A stretch of 64,000 nucleotides of DNA from positions 1 to 64,000 of IMG/VR virus record IMGVR_UViG_3300014208_000027, one strand, 5' to 3'. Position numbers and translations under genes: made by a program. This stretch comes from a virus (Duplodnaviria > Caudoviricetes). Under the pieces are notes generated by a model. The model was given only the letters and a program-made list of their open reading frames with translations, made no database searches and was not told the DNA's origin. This document shows, piece after piece, positions 16,630 through 27,007 of this stretch. How positions within the stretch are numbered: position 1 is the stretch's first letter; each line of letters begins with the position of its first letter.

Positions 16630-17766
16630 TTATAATTTCTTAAACTCTATGCTATTCTTCTCAGTGTCAATAAATAAAACTGCACCTTCAGGACTAGGAT
16701 GATCCGGTTCTATCAGCCATCCACCAAGATTATATGATTCCATTCCATCTGCAAATTTAAATTGGTCAGGTACATGAGTATGTCCACTAACAAAAACAGT
16801 TTTTATCTCTGAACTTGTAGGAATAAATCCAACACTGTTTCTATACTTTATCATTTGCTGCCTAGTATTTTCTACGTCTTCATAACGATTATTAGACGTT
16901 AAACTTATTTTTCTTTCCTTGGCATTTTTGTCTAATGCATTGTTAACTATTTTTTTAACTAGCCATCGTTCCCACGAGTCAGGCATGCCCTTAACAAACC
17001 CATTGCTCATCAAAGCGTCTATACCATCGTTCACAGCCTTTTTAAGTAGGCTATTATTCCCTTTATCATGGTCAGAGTAAATCGCTTCTACGAGGCCGTC
17101 AACGCCCATACCGCATCCCATTTCGCCTAGCAGCCAATAGATAAATTCTATGATAGGCATATTAACGGTTGCAAGTTTTTCTTCAAAGGATTTATTTTGT
17201 AATGTTAAGGCGTTTTTAAGGATATCAGAAAGTGTAGTATAAATGTCACCGAACAAATGACCATGCGTAAAGAAAATGCTTGTGTTGTTAAATTTAAGAG
17301 TATAAGAAGGATAAGCAGTAGTAACTATAAAATCTGAGCTTACATAAAACTTCATCATTTCAGATAAGGAATGAAAATAAGTCCCGTGATCTACACCGTA
17401 AACTGACCCTTGTTTTGGCAAATGACCCTGGCGCATATCATCTAAAACTTTATCTTCACAAGATAAATTCCAGACATGCGTATCATGATTTCCGATTGTA
17501 TAAATAAATTGATTAACATTTGGAAGTTCTTTTAAAAGTAAGTTTAAATCTTCTAGACAATCACGCATCGTAGCCATGGAAAGATCTAGAATGTCTCCTA
17601 CGCCAATCAAAATAATTTTGTCACCATTGGCAAAATCTTTAACTTGTTCAGCTAACGTAGCAACTTTATTTTTAGTTGCCATTGTTGAAAGAATAGAAAC
17701 ATAACCTAATCCATCTTTACCATTTTGGCCAAGGTGGGTATCGGATAAACAAATATATTTGCTCAT
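16630..17766 (-). CDS. Calcineurin-like metallophosphoesterase
   Basis: SDTHLG, GDILD, IGNHD, FTHGH, GHTH. Confidence 0.85.
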   Translation of the reverse strand: MSKYICLSDTHLGQNGKDGLGYVSILSTMATKNKVATLAEQVKDFANGDKIILIGVGDILDLSMATMRDCLEDLNLLLKELPNVNQFIYTIGNHDTHVWNLSCEDKVLDDMRQGHLPKQGSVYGVDHGTYFHSLSEMMKFYVSSDFIVTTAYPSYTLKFNNTSIFFTHGHLFGDIYTTLSDILKNALTLQNKSFEEKLATVNMPIIEFIYWLLGEMGCGMGVDGLVEAIYSDHDKGNNSLLKKAVNDGIDALMSNGFVKGMPDSWERWLVKKIVNNALDKNAKERKISLTSNNRYEDVENTRQQMIKYRNSVGFIPTSSEIKTVFVSGHTHVPDQFKFADGMESYNLGGWLIEPDHPSPEGAVLFIDTEKNSIEFKKL

Positions 17767-17984
17767 TATATTTTTCTATCGAGATTAATTAAATCTTTTC
17801 GTTTGTGGCCAGAGGCGTCTTTAGAATTTCCCCAAAGTACCCAAACTATTTCACCTTTTCCCACTCTAACGTCAATAGATTCTACAATACCATTTTTATC
17901 AATACAATTGCTATCTTTAAAAACAACTCTATCGCCCGCTTTTAAACTTTTATTTCTTTTGTGACTCATTTTCCCATGTACCAT
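17766..17984 (-). CDS. Small SH3/KOW-like protein
   Basis: LKAGDRVVF..GIVESI..VWVLW. Confidence 0.6.
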   Translation of the reverse strand: MVHGKMSHKRNKSLKAGDRVVFKDSNCIDKNGIVESIDVRVGKGEIVWVLWGNSKDASGHKRKDLINLDRKI

Positions 17985-18970
17985 TTTTTACAACGATTAT
18001 TTACTTGTTTGGCTACATCTGGCCATGCTAATTTCCCTACTTCAAGTTCTGCTAAACCTTCTTTTTTAATATCTTGTCCCATCCACTTTAGAAAATTTCC
18101 TAATAACTTAATATCTTTTACGCCTTGGCATGCTTCTTGTAAACCTTGATTTAACCTTGCTTCAGTTACCATTAAATCTACAAATTCTAAAACAGTACTA
18201 GGATTAGCTACTTCAACTTGAACAGGATTTTTTTGTTTTGCTACACGATGTTTTTCACCTTTAGCTTTAAAAATTAAATCAGTAAATCTACCAGACACAC
18301 TTTCTACTAATGAATATGGATACATTACTACGCCTTCACCAGTACCAGATACATTAAAATTTTCTTTAACCCATGGGTCCTCTTTTTCAACGCATTCTAC
18401 AAGTTCGTTTATTTGTGCAGCAGCTTGTTGCATAGATTCTTCACTACCCCAATCAATAGTAATACGTGAATTCATCCAAGGCAAAACAAAAATATCTTCA
18501 TATTCTGGTATTAGAGTGTGTATAAACATAGGTTCAAATAACCAGTAAGTTTTTTCATCTTCTTCTGTACCAACTTTAATAGCAAATATAGAAAAAATTT
18601 TCTTTCCTATATCACAAACTGCTACGCCTGATTGAATTCCAGAGCCAGCAAATTCTCCATAGATTACAATGCCTTGTACATCAGAGGCAGCTATTTTTTT
18701 TTGTACCTCTTGAAAATATTCTTTTCGTTCCATCACCCATTTTGCAAATCCAGCATTGTCTTTCCCTACAATGGATAAATTATAATTTCTACTTTGTGGA
18801 ATAATCTCGCCAGACCTATAAATTTGTACAGCCGCATTCGTACCGTGAAGTTTAATTTTTGGTACATACTCAATAATAGGTGGCGTATAACCTTTTTCTT
18901 TTTGTTTATCTAGGTTACGTTTAACATGTTGAAATCCTTCAATATCAATCCATGGATAGTGCCTAGGCAT
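17966..18970 (-). CDS. RNA ligase (Rnl2-like nucleotidyltransferase)
   Basis: KIKLHGTN motif I, IYGEFAG, GEGVV, FKAKGEKH. Confidence 0.8.
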   Translation of the reverse strand: MPRHYPWIDIEGFQHVKRNLDKQKEKGYTPPIIEYVPKIKLHGTNAAVQIYRSGEIIPQSRNYNLSIVGKDNAGFAKWVMERKEYFQEVQKKIAASDVQGIVIYGEFAGSGIQSGVAVCDIGKKIFSIFAIKVGTEEDEKTYWLFEPMFIHTLIPEYEDIFVLPWMNSRITIDWGSEESMQQAAAQINELVECVEKEDPWVKENFNVSGTGEGVVMYPYSLVESVSGRFTDLIFKAKGEKHRVAKQKNPVQVEVANPSTVLEFVDLMVTEARLNQGLQEACQGVKDIKLLGNFLKWMGQDIKKEGLAELEVGKLAWPDVAKQVNNRCKKWYMGK

Positions 18971-19292
18971 CTTTTTCTCCGTCTATCAAAGATTTACATT
19001 TTGGGCATCTAGACTTTAGTTCTTCTAGATTACTTTGTACATTAACCGTTCCAGCTTGATACACTGGAAAGGATTTTAATTCGCTCTTGTGTTTCATGCC
19101 TCTTTTAGCCATCTCTTCAGCTAATTCTTGGTGTCTGGTTGAAATATTATGTACTTCGACTAGTCCTTTTTCTAAAAATCCTTTGATAGACTTTCCACCC
19201 AAAATAGATCCTACAAGCATGTGCATTTCGACATGCTCTCCTAGCAAATGCTTTCTACATAGACATTGCGTTGGGACCTTCCACATTCTCAT
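18963..19292 (-). CDS. denV: Pyrimidine-dimer DNA glycosylase (T4 endonuclease V-like)
   Basis: MRMW..LCRKHLLGEHVEMH..RHQELAEEMAKRGMKH. Confidence 0.75.
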   Translation of the reverse strand: MRMWKVPTQCLCRKHLLGEHVEMHMLVGSILGGKSIKGFLEKGLVEVHNISTRHQELAEEMAKRGMKHKSELKSFPVYQAGTVNVQSNLEELKSRCPKCKSLIDGEKDA

Positions 19293-19450
19293 TTACTCAG
19301 CCCTTTCTTGAGTTTATCAATGTAATTGCGCACTTCCAACAAAGACTTAAATGAAACTTTTTCTTTTTCTGTTGCTACCGTATAAGGCGTCTTGACCCAA
19401 GCAGCGCCATCAACGGCAATACTAATTTCTTTATACTGTAGATTGACCAT
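19289..19450 (-). CDS. Hypothetical protein (53 aa, not in track)
   Basis: Own translation MVNLQYKEISIAVDG...; overlaps both neighbours. Confidence 0.55.
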   Translation of the reverse strand: MVNLQYKEISIAVDGAAWVKTPYTVATEKEKVSFKSLLEVRNYIDKLKKGLSK

Positions 19451-19995
19451 TATAGCAATCCAAAGTGTTGCAACATTTTTTTTGTTTCCTCTAATAAGCC
19501 ACTCTTGTCATGCGGAGTAGGGTTCTTAATTACATAATCATAGTCTTCATTTGTCCAACTATCTAACTCACACTCAGATTCGTGTTCATCAGTATCAAGG
19601 TTTCTTTCAATTTCACGATTTACAAAAACCAAAATACCACCATCTTCTCGAATCCACTCAGCCTCGTTGAAAAATCGGCAATCGGGAATAACGCAATGAG
19701 TGTGACGATTAATTCTTTTTCTTTTTAGGGTATCAATGAAAATATCTTTATTTATAGAACGAAAAGAATCTCCAATTTCTTGAAAAATTTTTCTTGGAGT
19801 TTTCCCGTAACGAGGATCTATAGTGTGTTTTAATTTTCCTTCGCGCTGGTCCCAGCTTAAATCAAAAACTTCTCTGCATATTTTTTTTATTGGCTCAGCG
19901 AAAGCATAAAACTCGAAACTTCGTTGAGTCTGCTCACAATACTCGGCTACTAAATTTTTACCACTGCCTCGTTTGCCGCAAAGACCTATAATCAT
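19450..19995 (-). CDS. Deoxynucleoside monophosphate kinase
   Basis: IIGLCGKRGSGK, FAEPIK, TPRKIFQEIG, IPDCRFFNE, HESE. Confidence 0.85.
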   Translation of the reverse strand: MIIGLCGKRGSGKNLVAEYCEQTQRSFEFYAFAEPIKKICREVFDLSWDQREGKLKHTIDPRYGKTPRKIFQEIGDSFRSINKDIFIDTLKRKRINRHTHCVIPDCRFFNEAEWIREDGGILVFVNREIERNLDTDEHESECELDSWTNEDYDYVIKNPTPHDKSGLLEETKKMLQHFGLL

Positions 19996-20007
19996 TAAGC
20001 AATCCTT

Positions 20008-20259
20008 TCAATCATTAAACGATGGGCCAAAAAAACATTTAAAATCATTTAGAAAAGCCTCAGAGCATCCTACTTTCTTTTTTATCATTCGTTTAAGCAC
20101 ATCATTTATTTTTCCTAATGAAGGATAATACCTACAACCTATTTTATTATCTGGGTACTCTATGGTTTTAATCAAGTTAAGTTCTTTAGAATATTTAAGA
20201 ATAATAAATATTTCGCCATCGAAATCTTTTAATTCCCCAACTATCCTATCAACTTCCAT
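20008..20259 (-). CDS. Repeat-less homolog of the Trp-repeat N-terminal domain
   Basis: LIKTIEYPDNKIG vs IIKVIEYPNNTIG. Confidence 0.55.
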   Translation of the reverse strand: MEVDRIVGELKDFDGEIFIILKYSKELNLIKTIEYPDNKIGCRYYPSLGKINDVLKRMIKKKVGCSEAFLNDFKCFFGPSFND

Positions 20260-23200
20260 GATTTTGCCAGATATCCATTTGTTGAAAACCCCCACTTTGA
20301 ATCAAATGTTGGTTCAACCAAATATGGATGGTTAACTAAAAATTTATCTCTATCAGTCACACCCCAACATTTTACCTTTGTAAACGCAAAATTGCTATCC
20401 ACTAGTATTACCTCATAATATAGCTTACCCTTAGAAGTCTTCTTTGTCAACACTTCTTTTACTACTGCCCAACAAACTTTTTTTTCTTCACTATAATCTG
20501 ATATTGGATTAATACCTCTTTTATTTAGCTTTTCAATTAAACTGCTATCTATGACTTTTTCTAGCGGATAAACACCTATATATTGCACGATAAAGTTTAT
20601 TTTTTCTTCCTCTGTGAAATCTTTTTCGTTGGCATAAATTGAAATATTATCATTTAATTGTTTCAAATTTTTTGGTCTAGGCTCACATACACATAAATAA
20701 AAATGTCTTAGATGGTTAAACCGTTTATCAATTAAACAATTAGCGGCTTGACTTTTGATGAGCACTTCAAGACACTTTTTATTAAACTTAGTATAGTTCA
20801 TATCAGGGTTAAATATCAACTCTTCAACTGTATGAAAAGGTCGGTACTTAAGGATTTCACTTACCGGAACATCACCAAGACTTTTAATACTTGACAAAGG
20901 TTGAACAATAGTATTTTTTTCTACCTTATGACCTTCCCATATAGCAGAAGATATATTTATATCAACTTCTTGAATCTTAAAACCCATTTGCTTGGCAGAA
21001 GATATGGCACGTTCTTTTTTATCTTCATGTTCAGTATCTTTTTCAAGGAAAGCACAAGCCCATTCTAATGGATAATAGGTTTGTAGCCAAGCACAATTGT
21101 AAGATAGGATACAATATGAAACAGCGTGTGAAAAATTAAATAAATATTTATTTGACTTTTCAATAGCGTCCCAAATTTTATTAGTCTGTTCTAAAGTTAA
21201 ACCTTTTTCTAAGCACCCATCAACATACTTTTTATGAATTTTTTCTTTCTTGCTATCGCTTTTTTCATCACCACGCTTTACAAGTAATTTTCTTAATTGG
21301 TTTCCCTCTTCAAGAGAAACATTTTTTCCCATTCTATGTGCAATAGAAGCAATAGTTTCCTGAAAAACAAGACAACCGAATGTATCACTTAAAATTTCTT
21401 TTAGTATAGGGTGGTCATAAACAATTGAATCTAGATTATCTTTTGCTTCAAGATATTTTTTATCCACATCAGAAGATAGAGGACCTGGACGATATATACT
21501 TGAAATTGTTACAATATCTTCTAAACTCTTTGGTTTTGCTGCAACGCAAAAATTTTGCGCTCCAAGTTCCTGAAACTGGAAGATATTAAAAAACTTACCT
21601 GTACGAAATGTACTCTCATAAACTTTTTGATCGTTAAAGTCAATAACTTCTGGATGAAGGTTGTTATTGTAAAACTCCTTTACTTGCTCAAAGGTAGGTT
21701 CTTCAATACCATGATGATTTTTAAGTAACAAATAAATCGCCTGACGAATCATTCTTAGAGTAGCTAAACCAAGAAGGTCAAATTTAATAAATCCCATTGG
21801 TTCAAGTAATCGAATAGCTTGCCCTTCTGGCCAGGGCGACTGGATAACACCACCAGAATTAACTAATGGCATATAATAATTTAAGTTTTCACCAATAATA
21901 CACCCACTGGCGTGCCGCGAAATCTGTCTGTTTTGTCCATTTAATGCTTTAAGATGTTCTTCAACAAATGGATATTTCATCACAAATATTTTATAACTTT
22001 CGCTGTATTTCGCTATTTCTTCTAGTGTAGGGTTATATACACCAGCAGTTATGTCATGATCTTTTTTTGCCTGCGGAATTGTTTCTTCAAGAATTTTATT
22101 TGTTACCTCATTAACTTCTTGAAAGGGTATATCATAAAATTTTGAAATATCCTTAATTAAACTCTTTGTTTGCATTGTGGAAAAATTTGAAATTGGGATA
22201 ATACAACTTTCGCCCCAAGTTTTAGCAAGATCTTCTTTCAACTGCATGGGCAATTCCACGTCAGTGTCAATGTCTGGATAGCCTGTAGAATCAGCAGACA
22301 TAAATCGTTCAAACTGAAGATTGAATCTTATTGGATCTACCTGCGTAATTCCTAAACAATAAGCTGTTAAAGAACCCGCTGAGCTGCCCCTACCTGGTGA
22401 GATCATCTGAGTTTGTTGAGCAAAATCTGTAATAGCCTTCATTGTTAAAAAGTATCTACTAAAACTATTCTTGTGAATAATCTTAATCTCTTTTTTCAAT
22501 CTTGCTACATACTCTTTATTTTTTTCTTTCCCTCGTTTCTTCAATCCCTCAATTGCAAGCCTTGATAATGCTCCTTCGGGTGTTTCATCTTTTGGTACTA
22601 CAAATTGAGGTAATCTAATAGTCTTATCAGGTTCAAAACTTTCAATTCTTTCGTGTGCAATTTGACAGGTATTTTCTATTGATTGCCTAATCACATCATC
22701 TTCATAAGTAAACCCACATTTCTTAGAGTATTTTTTATAAGATTCCCAAACTTGGTCACCATTTTTTACATATAATTCATAATCCATATCTTCTATAGAG
22801 TTTGGAATAGGTTTTGAAACGTGTCCAGGTTTATCAGTCTTTCCTAGCCACCCCATTCTTTTATACATTTCCCTATCTTTCCAAGATTTTTTAGCAGGGA
22901 AATGACAATCTACAGCAGAAATAAGTTTGTATCCCATTTCATAAGATAATTGAATAACCATTTGGTTAATTTCATGTTGTTCTTTAATAGCATTCCATTG
23001 CAACTCGCCATAAAACCTATCTCCAAAAATATCTTGGAAAGTTTGAATGGCGTTTCTAATAATATCTTTTCTCTCTGTTTCAGTTTTTTCTTTGTTTTTA
23101 ATCAAGAGAACCGATAAATACCCAGATAGACATGCCGAAGTTGCTATCAGTCCTTCATTATGCTTTCGTAACAATTCAAAATCTATACGAGGGTAACGAT

Positions 23201-23687
23201 AAAAATTTTCTTTCCTACTTGAAGCAGATACTAAACTGTAAAGATTATTTAATCCTATTTGATTTTGAACTAATAGAACTAAATGTGAACGCCCTCTAAG
23301 GTATGATTTTAAAATATCATCACCTTCGTTATCGTCAATAGAATCACTACCCTCTTCAGTAGTATTTTTCTTTTCATCTTTAACAGACTTTTTAGTCTTT
23401 TTATTAAGTTTACTCTTTTCATATTCTAAACGCCACTCATCTAGGCTAGGTAAAAAATAAAGTTCCCCGCCTATGATGTACTTTATAGGTTTACCATCTT
23501 TAAGCAGTTTGTCGCGGCTATGAAGGGCCAGAGCGACACTATTGCAGTTACCATGTTCAGTAATAGCTAAAGCGTCCATACCAGCGTCTAGAGCGGCTTT
23601 AAAGTAATCTATAGGTTGGTCTATGGCATCATAGATAGAGCCTATGCCGGTATGACAATGAAGGTTGACAAATTTTAGATGAGACAT
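20241..23687 (-). CDS. dnaE: DNA polymerase III alpha subunit
   Basis: PHP NLHCHT, PGRGSSAGS, PDIDTD, RHASG, KFDLLGL, FNFSHAVSY. Confidence 0.95.
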   Translation of the reverse strand: MSHLKFVNLHCHTGIGSIYDAIDQPIDYFKAALDAGMDALAITEHGNCNSVALALHSRDKLLKDGKPIKYIIGGELYFLPSLDEWRLEYEKSKLNKKTKKSVKDEKKNTTEEGSDSIDDNEGDDILKSYLRGRSHLVLLVQNQIGLNNLYSLVSASSRKENFYRYPRIDFELLRKHNEGLIATSACLSGYLSVLLIKNKEKTETERKDIIRNAIQTFQDIFGDRFYGELQWNAIKEQHEINQMVIQLSYEMGYKLISAVDCHFPAKKSWKDREMYKRMGWLGKTDKPGHVSKPIPNSIEDMDYELYVKNGDQVWESYKKYSKKCGFTYEDDVIRQSIENTCQIAHERIESFEPDKTIRLPQFVVPKDETPEGALSRLAIEGLKKRGKEKNKEYVARLKKEIKIIHKNSFSRYFLTMKAITDFAQQTQMISPGRGSSAGSLTAYCLGITQVDPIRFNLQFERFMSADSTGYPDIDTDVELPMQLKEDLAKTWGESCIIPISNFSTMQTKSLIKDISKFYDIPFQEVNEVTNKILEETIPQAKKDHDITAGVYNPTLEEIAKYSESYKIFVMKYPFVEEHLKALNGQNRQISRHASGCIIGENLNYYMPLVNSGGVIQSPWPEGQAIRLLEPMGFIKFDLLGLATLRMIRQAIYLLLKNHHGIEEPTFEQVKEFYNNNLHPEVIDFNDQKVYESTFRTGKFFNIFQFQELGAQNFCVAAKPKSLEDIVTISSIYRPGPLSSDVDKKYLEAKDNLDSIVYDHPILKEILSDTFGCLVFQETIASIAHRMGKNVSLEEGNQLRKLLVKRGDEKSDSKKEKIHKKYVDGCLEKGLTLEQTNKIWDAIEKSNKYLFNFSHAVSYCILSYNCAWLQTYYPLEWACAFLEKDTEHEDKKERAISSAKQMGFKIQEVDINISSAIWEGHKVEKNTIVQPLSSIKSLGDVPVSEILKYRPFHTVEELIFNPDMNYTKFNKKCLEVLIKSQAANCLIDKRFNHLRHFYLCVCEPRPKNLKQLNDNISIYANEKDFTEEEKINFIVQYIGVYPLEKVIDSSLIEKLNKRGINPISDYSEEKKVCWAVVKEVLTKKTSKGKLYYEVILVDSNFAFTKVKCWGVTDRDKFLVNHPYLVEPTFDSKWGFSTNGYLAKSWKLIG

Positions 23688-24259
23688 TAAAAAATTTTCT
23701 TAGTAATTGGATCAATTAAAGTGATACTATTTTGAACTTGATCACCCCACACATCCCAACCAGGTGTTTCTTGTCTAGCGAATAACTCTACTCTTGGAAG
23801 ATCTCCCATTAGTTGAACAATTTTATCTCTTACTATATCAGGTTTTTTACTATGATATTCTATGGAATTATCTATAATTGAAGATACGCTAGCAGAAATT
23901 CTTTTAGGCTTTCCTTTAGTACAAAGTAAACACAATTCTGCATTAGATCTTGTCCAATTCCCCATACCAAAAAACCAGGTTGGACTCTTTTTATTTTTCT
24001 TTACCCACGTAAAAGCACACGTTTTATACTCAAAACCCCATGCTTTAATAACATCAAATACATTATTAAGTTGTGGCATGGTAACCCATAAGAATAATAT
24101 ACAATTATCGTCAGAAATATATTTTATGGGAAGATTTTTAATATCTTCCAACGTCATAACTTTGTATTTACAACTAGCACCACGATCACCAGCTAAAGCT
24201 TTATCTTTATAAGCCCATGGAGGATCGGATAAAATGATAGAATACTTTTTGTTTGTCAT
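23687..24259 (-). CDS. MT-A70 family adenine methyltransferase
   Basis: SDPPW, LFLWVT, HSKKP, ELFAR..GWDVWG. Confidence 0.9.
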   Translation of the reverse strand: MTNKKYSIILSDPPWAYKDKALAGDRGASCKYKVMTLEDIKNLPIKYISDDNCILFLWVTMPQLNNVFDVIKAWGFEYKTCAFTWVKKNKKSPTWFFGMGNWTRSNAELCLLCTKGKPKRISASVSSIIDNSIEYHSKKPDIVRDKIVQLMGDLPRVELFARQETPGWDVWGDQVQNSITLIDPITKKIF

Positions 24260-24453
24260 GCTATAACCTTTCCGCGCACAGTGAGAGTATCCAAAAATGC
24301 ATATATCATTCCTGCTTTATTTTCTTTTATGTCCAATATTTTTGCATAGGATGGAATTGTAACTTTTTCTAGTTCTAGTATTAGATAATATTTTGTTCCA
24401 CCAGGGTAATGCTTTAATTTTACAATGTCGCCTACTTCGAGTTTATTTGTCAT
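24256..24453 (-). CDS. Small SH3/KOW-like protein, leaderless
   Basis: MTNKLEVGDIVKL; TATAGT 7 nt upstream. Confidence 0.65.
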   Translation of the reverse strand: MTNKLEVGDIVKLKHYPGGTKYYLILELEKVTIPSYAKILDIKENKAGMIYAFLDTLTVRGKVIA

Positions 24454-24483
24454 ACCACAACTATAGCATACTTTCTGTAAACA

Positions 24484-25494
24484 TCAACTGAAGTGTTTGC
24501 CTATCCATCTTTTTTGTTGCTCTAAGTTATAATCTTCAAATTTTTTCTCTTCAAATACTTCCGGTCGTACAAACAAATCAAACATTAGTCTTTTTAAATT
24601 TTTATCTATTATTCCTTCAAATTCACTAATTATTTTTTCTTCCTTCAAATCTAAACACCAAGTGATTCCTCCTACTTCTTCATAAATATTTTTTCTAATA
24701 TCTCTAACTTGTCTAATTTCATGCTCAAAATTCATTGCTCGATATCGCTGCTTGGGTTCTTTGTCCGGATAATATCTATACCCTTTTTTTATTCCGTGAA
24801 TACCAAAAGAGTTAAGCAATTTAATAAGAGATAGCATTATAAAAGTCGGAGAATACTCAAATTCGGAAAGATCTTTTTCGTCAATTATCGAGGTAACAAT
24901 TAAATCTTTATCTAGATTACGTGTTTTATTGTACACAGAATCATAAAAGAACACTTCATTTATAATTTGAGAATTATTTTTAAGATAATATAAATTATGA
25001 GGCTCACAACACATTGAAAAGAACCAATCAACAACTTGTTTTTTGTTATCTTGTTTTTTTATTACAGGAGGTAGACCATTTATACCTTCCTCGTTGAAAA
25101 TATAGAGTTGGTTATATCGTATTCGTACAACTTTTTCTTTAGATATGGTGATAACTATTTTTTTTTCTTCAGAGTCTAACCGCATTAAGACAAACTTGTC
25201 AGATAAAAAATTAAGCCCTGATAAAGATAAAACAAAACTTAACCTTTTATATATGTAAGACTTTTGCCAGCCGAATGTTTTTTCTTCACCGTTCAAAGAA
25301 ATTAAACGATTTGTAATTTTAGGGATATTGAAATAAGTTTTTAAATCAATATCGAGCGGTAAAAAATCTATAGGAAGGATAGAGGAAATGCTAGTTTTAA
25401 CAATAGGAATATTATAAAGGTATGAATAAACTAAAGCGCTTAGGTTATTGCCTATGATAAGTTTAGGAAAATAATATTCGTGATAAGTTTGCAC
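24484..25494 (-). CDS. Hypothetical protein (possible degenerate Rossmann start)
   Basis: LIIGNNLSAL near N-terminus. Confidence 0.6.
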   Translation of the reverse strand: MQTYHEYYFPKLIIGNNLSALVYSYLYNIPIVKTSISSILPIDFLPLDIDLKTYFNIPKITNRLISLNGEEKTFGWQKSYIYKRLSFVLSLSGLNFLSDKFVLMRLDSEEKKIVITISKEKVVRIRYNQLYIFNEEGINGLPPVIKKQDNKKQVVDWFFSMCCEPHNLYYLKNNSQIINEVFFYDSVYNKTRNLDKDLIVTSIIDEKDLSEFEYSPTFIMLSLIKLLNSFGIHGIKKGYRYYPDKEPKQRYRAMNFEHEIRQVRDIRKNIYEEVGGITWCLDLKEEKIISEFEGIIDKNLKRLMFDLFVRPEVFEEKKFEDYNLEQQKRWIGKHFS

Positions 25495-25497
25495 AAA

Positions 25498-25788
25498 TTA
25501 AATTTCTCTAAACTTGTTCCAACCTTTAGGAAGAGATAATTTTCCATCAATAACTTCCTGCCACTCTTGTGGACATAATAAAACAATAACAACAGGAAAT
25601 TCAAACTCATCCATCACTTCTTTGTTTGCAAATTTGAAGGGTAAAACTTCACCAGAATAAGGACAACTTTCAGAAATTTCTACTAACCGAATCTCATTTC
25701 TGCTATTGTAAAGAAATATATTTGTTATATACTTATCTTGAACACGATGTAAATCAGCTAGATTTCTAGCTATTTTTAGAATTGACAT
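25498..25788 (-). CDS. Hypothetical protein, leaderless
   Basis: TTGACT-17-TACAGT at 25795-25823. Confidence 0.65.
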   Translation of the reverse strand: MSILKIARNLADLHRVQDKYITNIFLYNSRNEIRLVEISESCPYSGEVLPFKFANKEVMDEFEFPVVIVLLCPQEWQEVIDGKLSLPKGWNKFREI

Positions 25789-25836
25789 AATAAGACTGTA
25801 TCAGAAAATCAGAGAAAAGTCAACAGGAAAGAAAAA

Positions 25837-26544
25837 CTATTTCTTGCCAGTAGCTTTTGGAGCCACTTTCTTCATTTCCATCAAACGCTTGGCTACTCGC
25901 TCAGCAAGAACTTTAATTTGTTGTTGTTTAGTCAACTTTTTAGACTCGTTAACTTTTCCAACTTTGGCTTTTGGAGCAGCGGTATACTTAGCGTCTTTTT
26001 GAGTTCCACCAAACATTTTAGTCTCTTCTACAACTTTATCATGCGTAGGAAGATTTTGAAGGTCTTCATCTTCTTCAGAACGGTCACCAGATACTAAAGT
26101 TTTATCTTCCTTAACAACTTCTTCGTCACCAGAAGGTTCAACTTCACTTGTGGGCTCTGATTCAGGCATTTCGGGTTCATCTGCTGCGGGATCAGCGGTT
26201 TCTTTACTTTGTACTGACACTTGAACACCAGTTTCTTTTGCAATAGCGTCAGCAATAGCAGAAATAATATCTTCTACCTTGTCTTCCATTCCGCCACCCA
26301 TACTGGGTTCACCCATATCACCTTCAGGAGCAGGAGGAGGAAGTTCTTCACCCCCAGCAGTTCCACCAGCTTCAGGTGAAAACTCCATCTCGTCTTTCCC
26401 GTCCTCTAGTTCATCTTCTTCTTTTTCTTCATCATCACCCTCATAGAGTTCTTTAATAAAGTTCTCAGTGAGAGGTTTAAGTTTCGCCAGTTTCATAAAA
26501 TGACGAACCGTGGTCTCGTTCAAAAGTTGCTTAGTCTTAGACAT
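25837..26544 (-). CDS. Acidic low-complexity protein, possible prohead core/scaffold
   Basis: D/E/P-rich, repeated L/V-x-E motifs; SD AGGAG. Confidence 0.5.
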   Translation of the reverse strand: MSKTKQLLNETTVRHFMKLAKLKPLTENFIKELYEGDDEEKEEDELEDGKDEMEFSPEAGGTAGGEELPPPAPEGDMGEPSMGGGMEDKVEDIISAIADAIAKETGVQVSVQSKETADPAADEPEMPESEPTSEVEPSGDEEVVKEDKTLVSGDRSEEDEDLQNLPTHDKVVEETKMFGGTQKDAKYTAAPKAKVGKVNESKKLTKQQQIKVLAERVAKRLMEMKKVAPKATGKK

Positions 26545-26615
26545 TAAAAAAGTCTCCTTGTTTTAGTTTCGTAACCAAAAATAATTAGTGTGTAGTCAAA
26601 GAAAAAGAAAAGATA

Positions 26616-27005
26616 TTATAGTTCTGGCATATCATCATCTATTTCAACGAATATCTTTTCTTTTTCTTCCCCCTCTTCTGTCAAATTTTGTTCAATTCTA
26701 TCTAATAATGTAGAAGTAATGTTTTTTTTAGATACCTTCATTATTTCCTTTATTGCAATATCTAAATCTCCAATTGCAGCGTAAACACAGTTAGAGAAGA
26801 ATTTTTCAGGGTCTATTTTATTACCTGCCAGCATAACATAAAAATCGGCAATATGTTTGTTGTGAATTTTGAAGGAAATACCAGAAAGGCGTTCAGGACT
26901 GAAATAGCCTCGTTGAACCTTACCATCTAATTTTTCTACGTGGTTTTCAGATTCATCTTCTTTTACACAGATGATACCGTATTTAATTTTATTTTTCTTT
27001 GTCAA
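26616..27005 (-). CDS. Hypothetical protein
   Basis: ORF track. Confidence 0.65.
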   Translation of the reverse strand: MTKKNKIKYGIICVKEDESENHVEKLDGKVQRGYFSPERLSGISFKIHNKHIADFYVMLAGNKIDPEKFFSNCVYAAIGDLDIAIKEIMKVSKKNITSTLLDRIEQNLTEEGEEKEKIFVEIDDDMPEL

Positions 27006-27007
27006 CT

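Noticed and set aside
20241-23687. Intein or intron in dnaE
   Set aside because: Length is normal and motifs are contiguous; no splicing motifs seen
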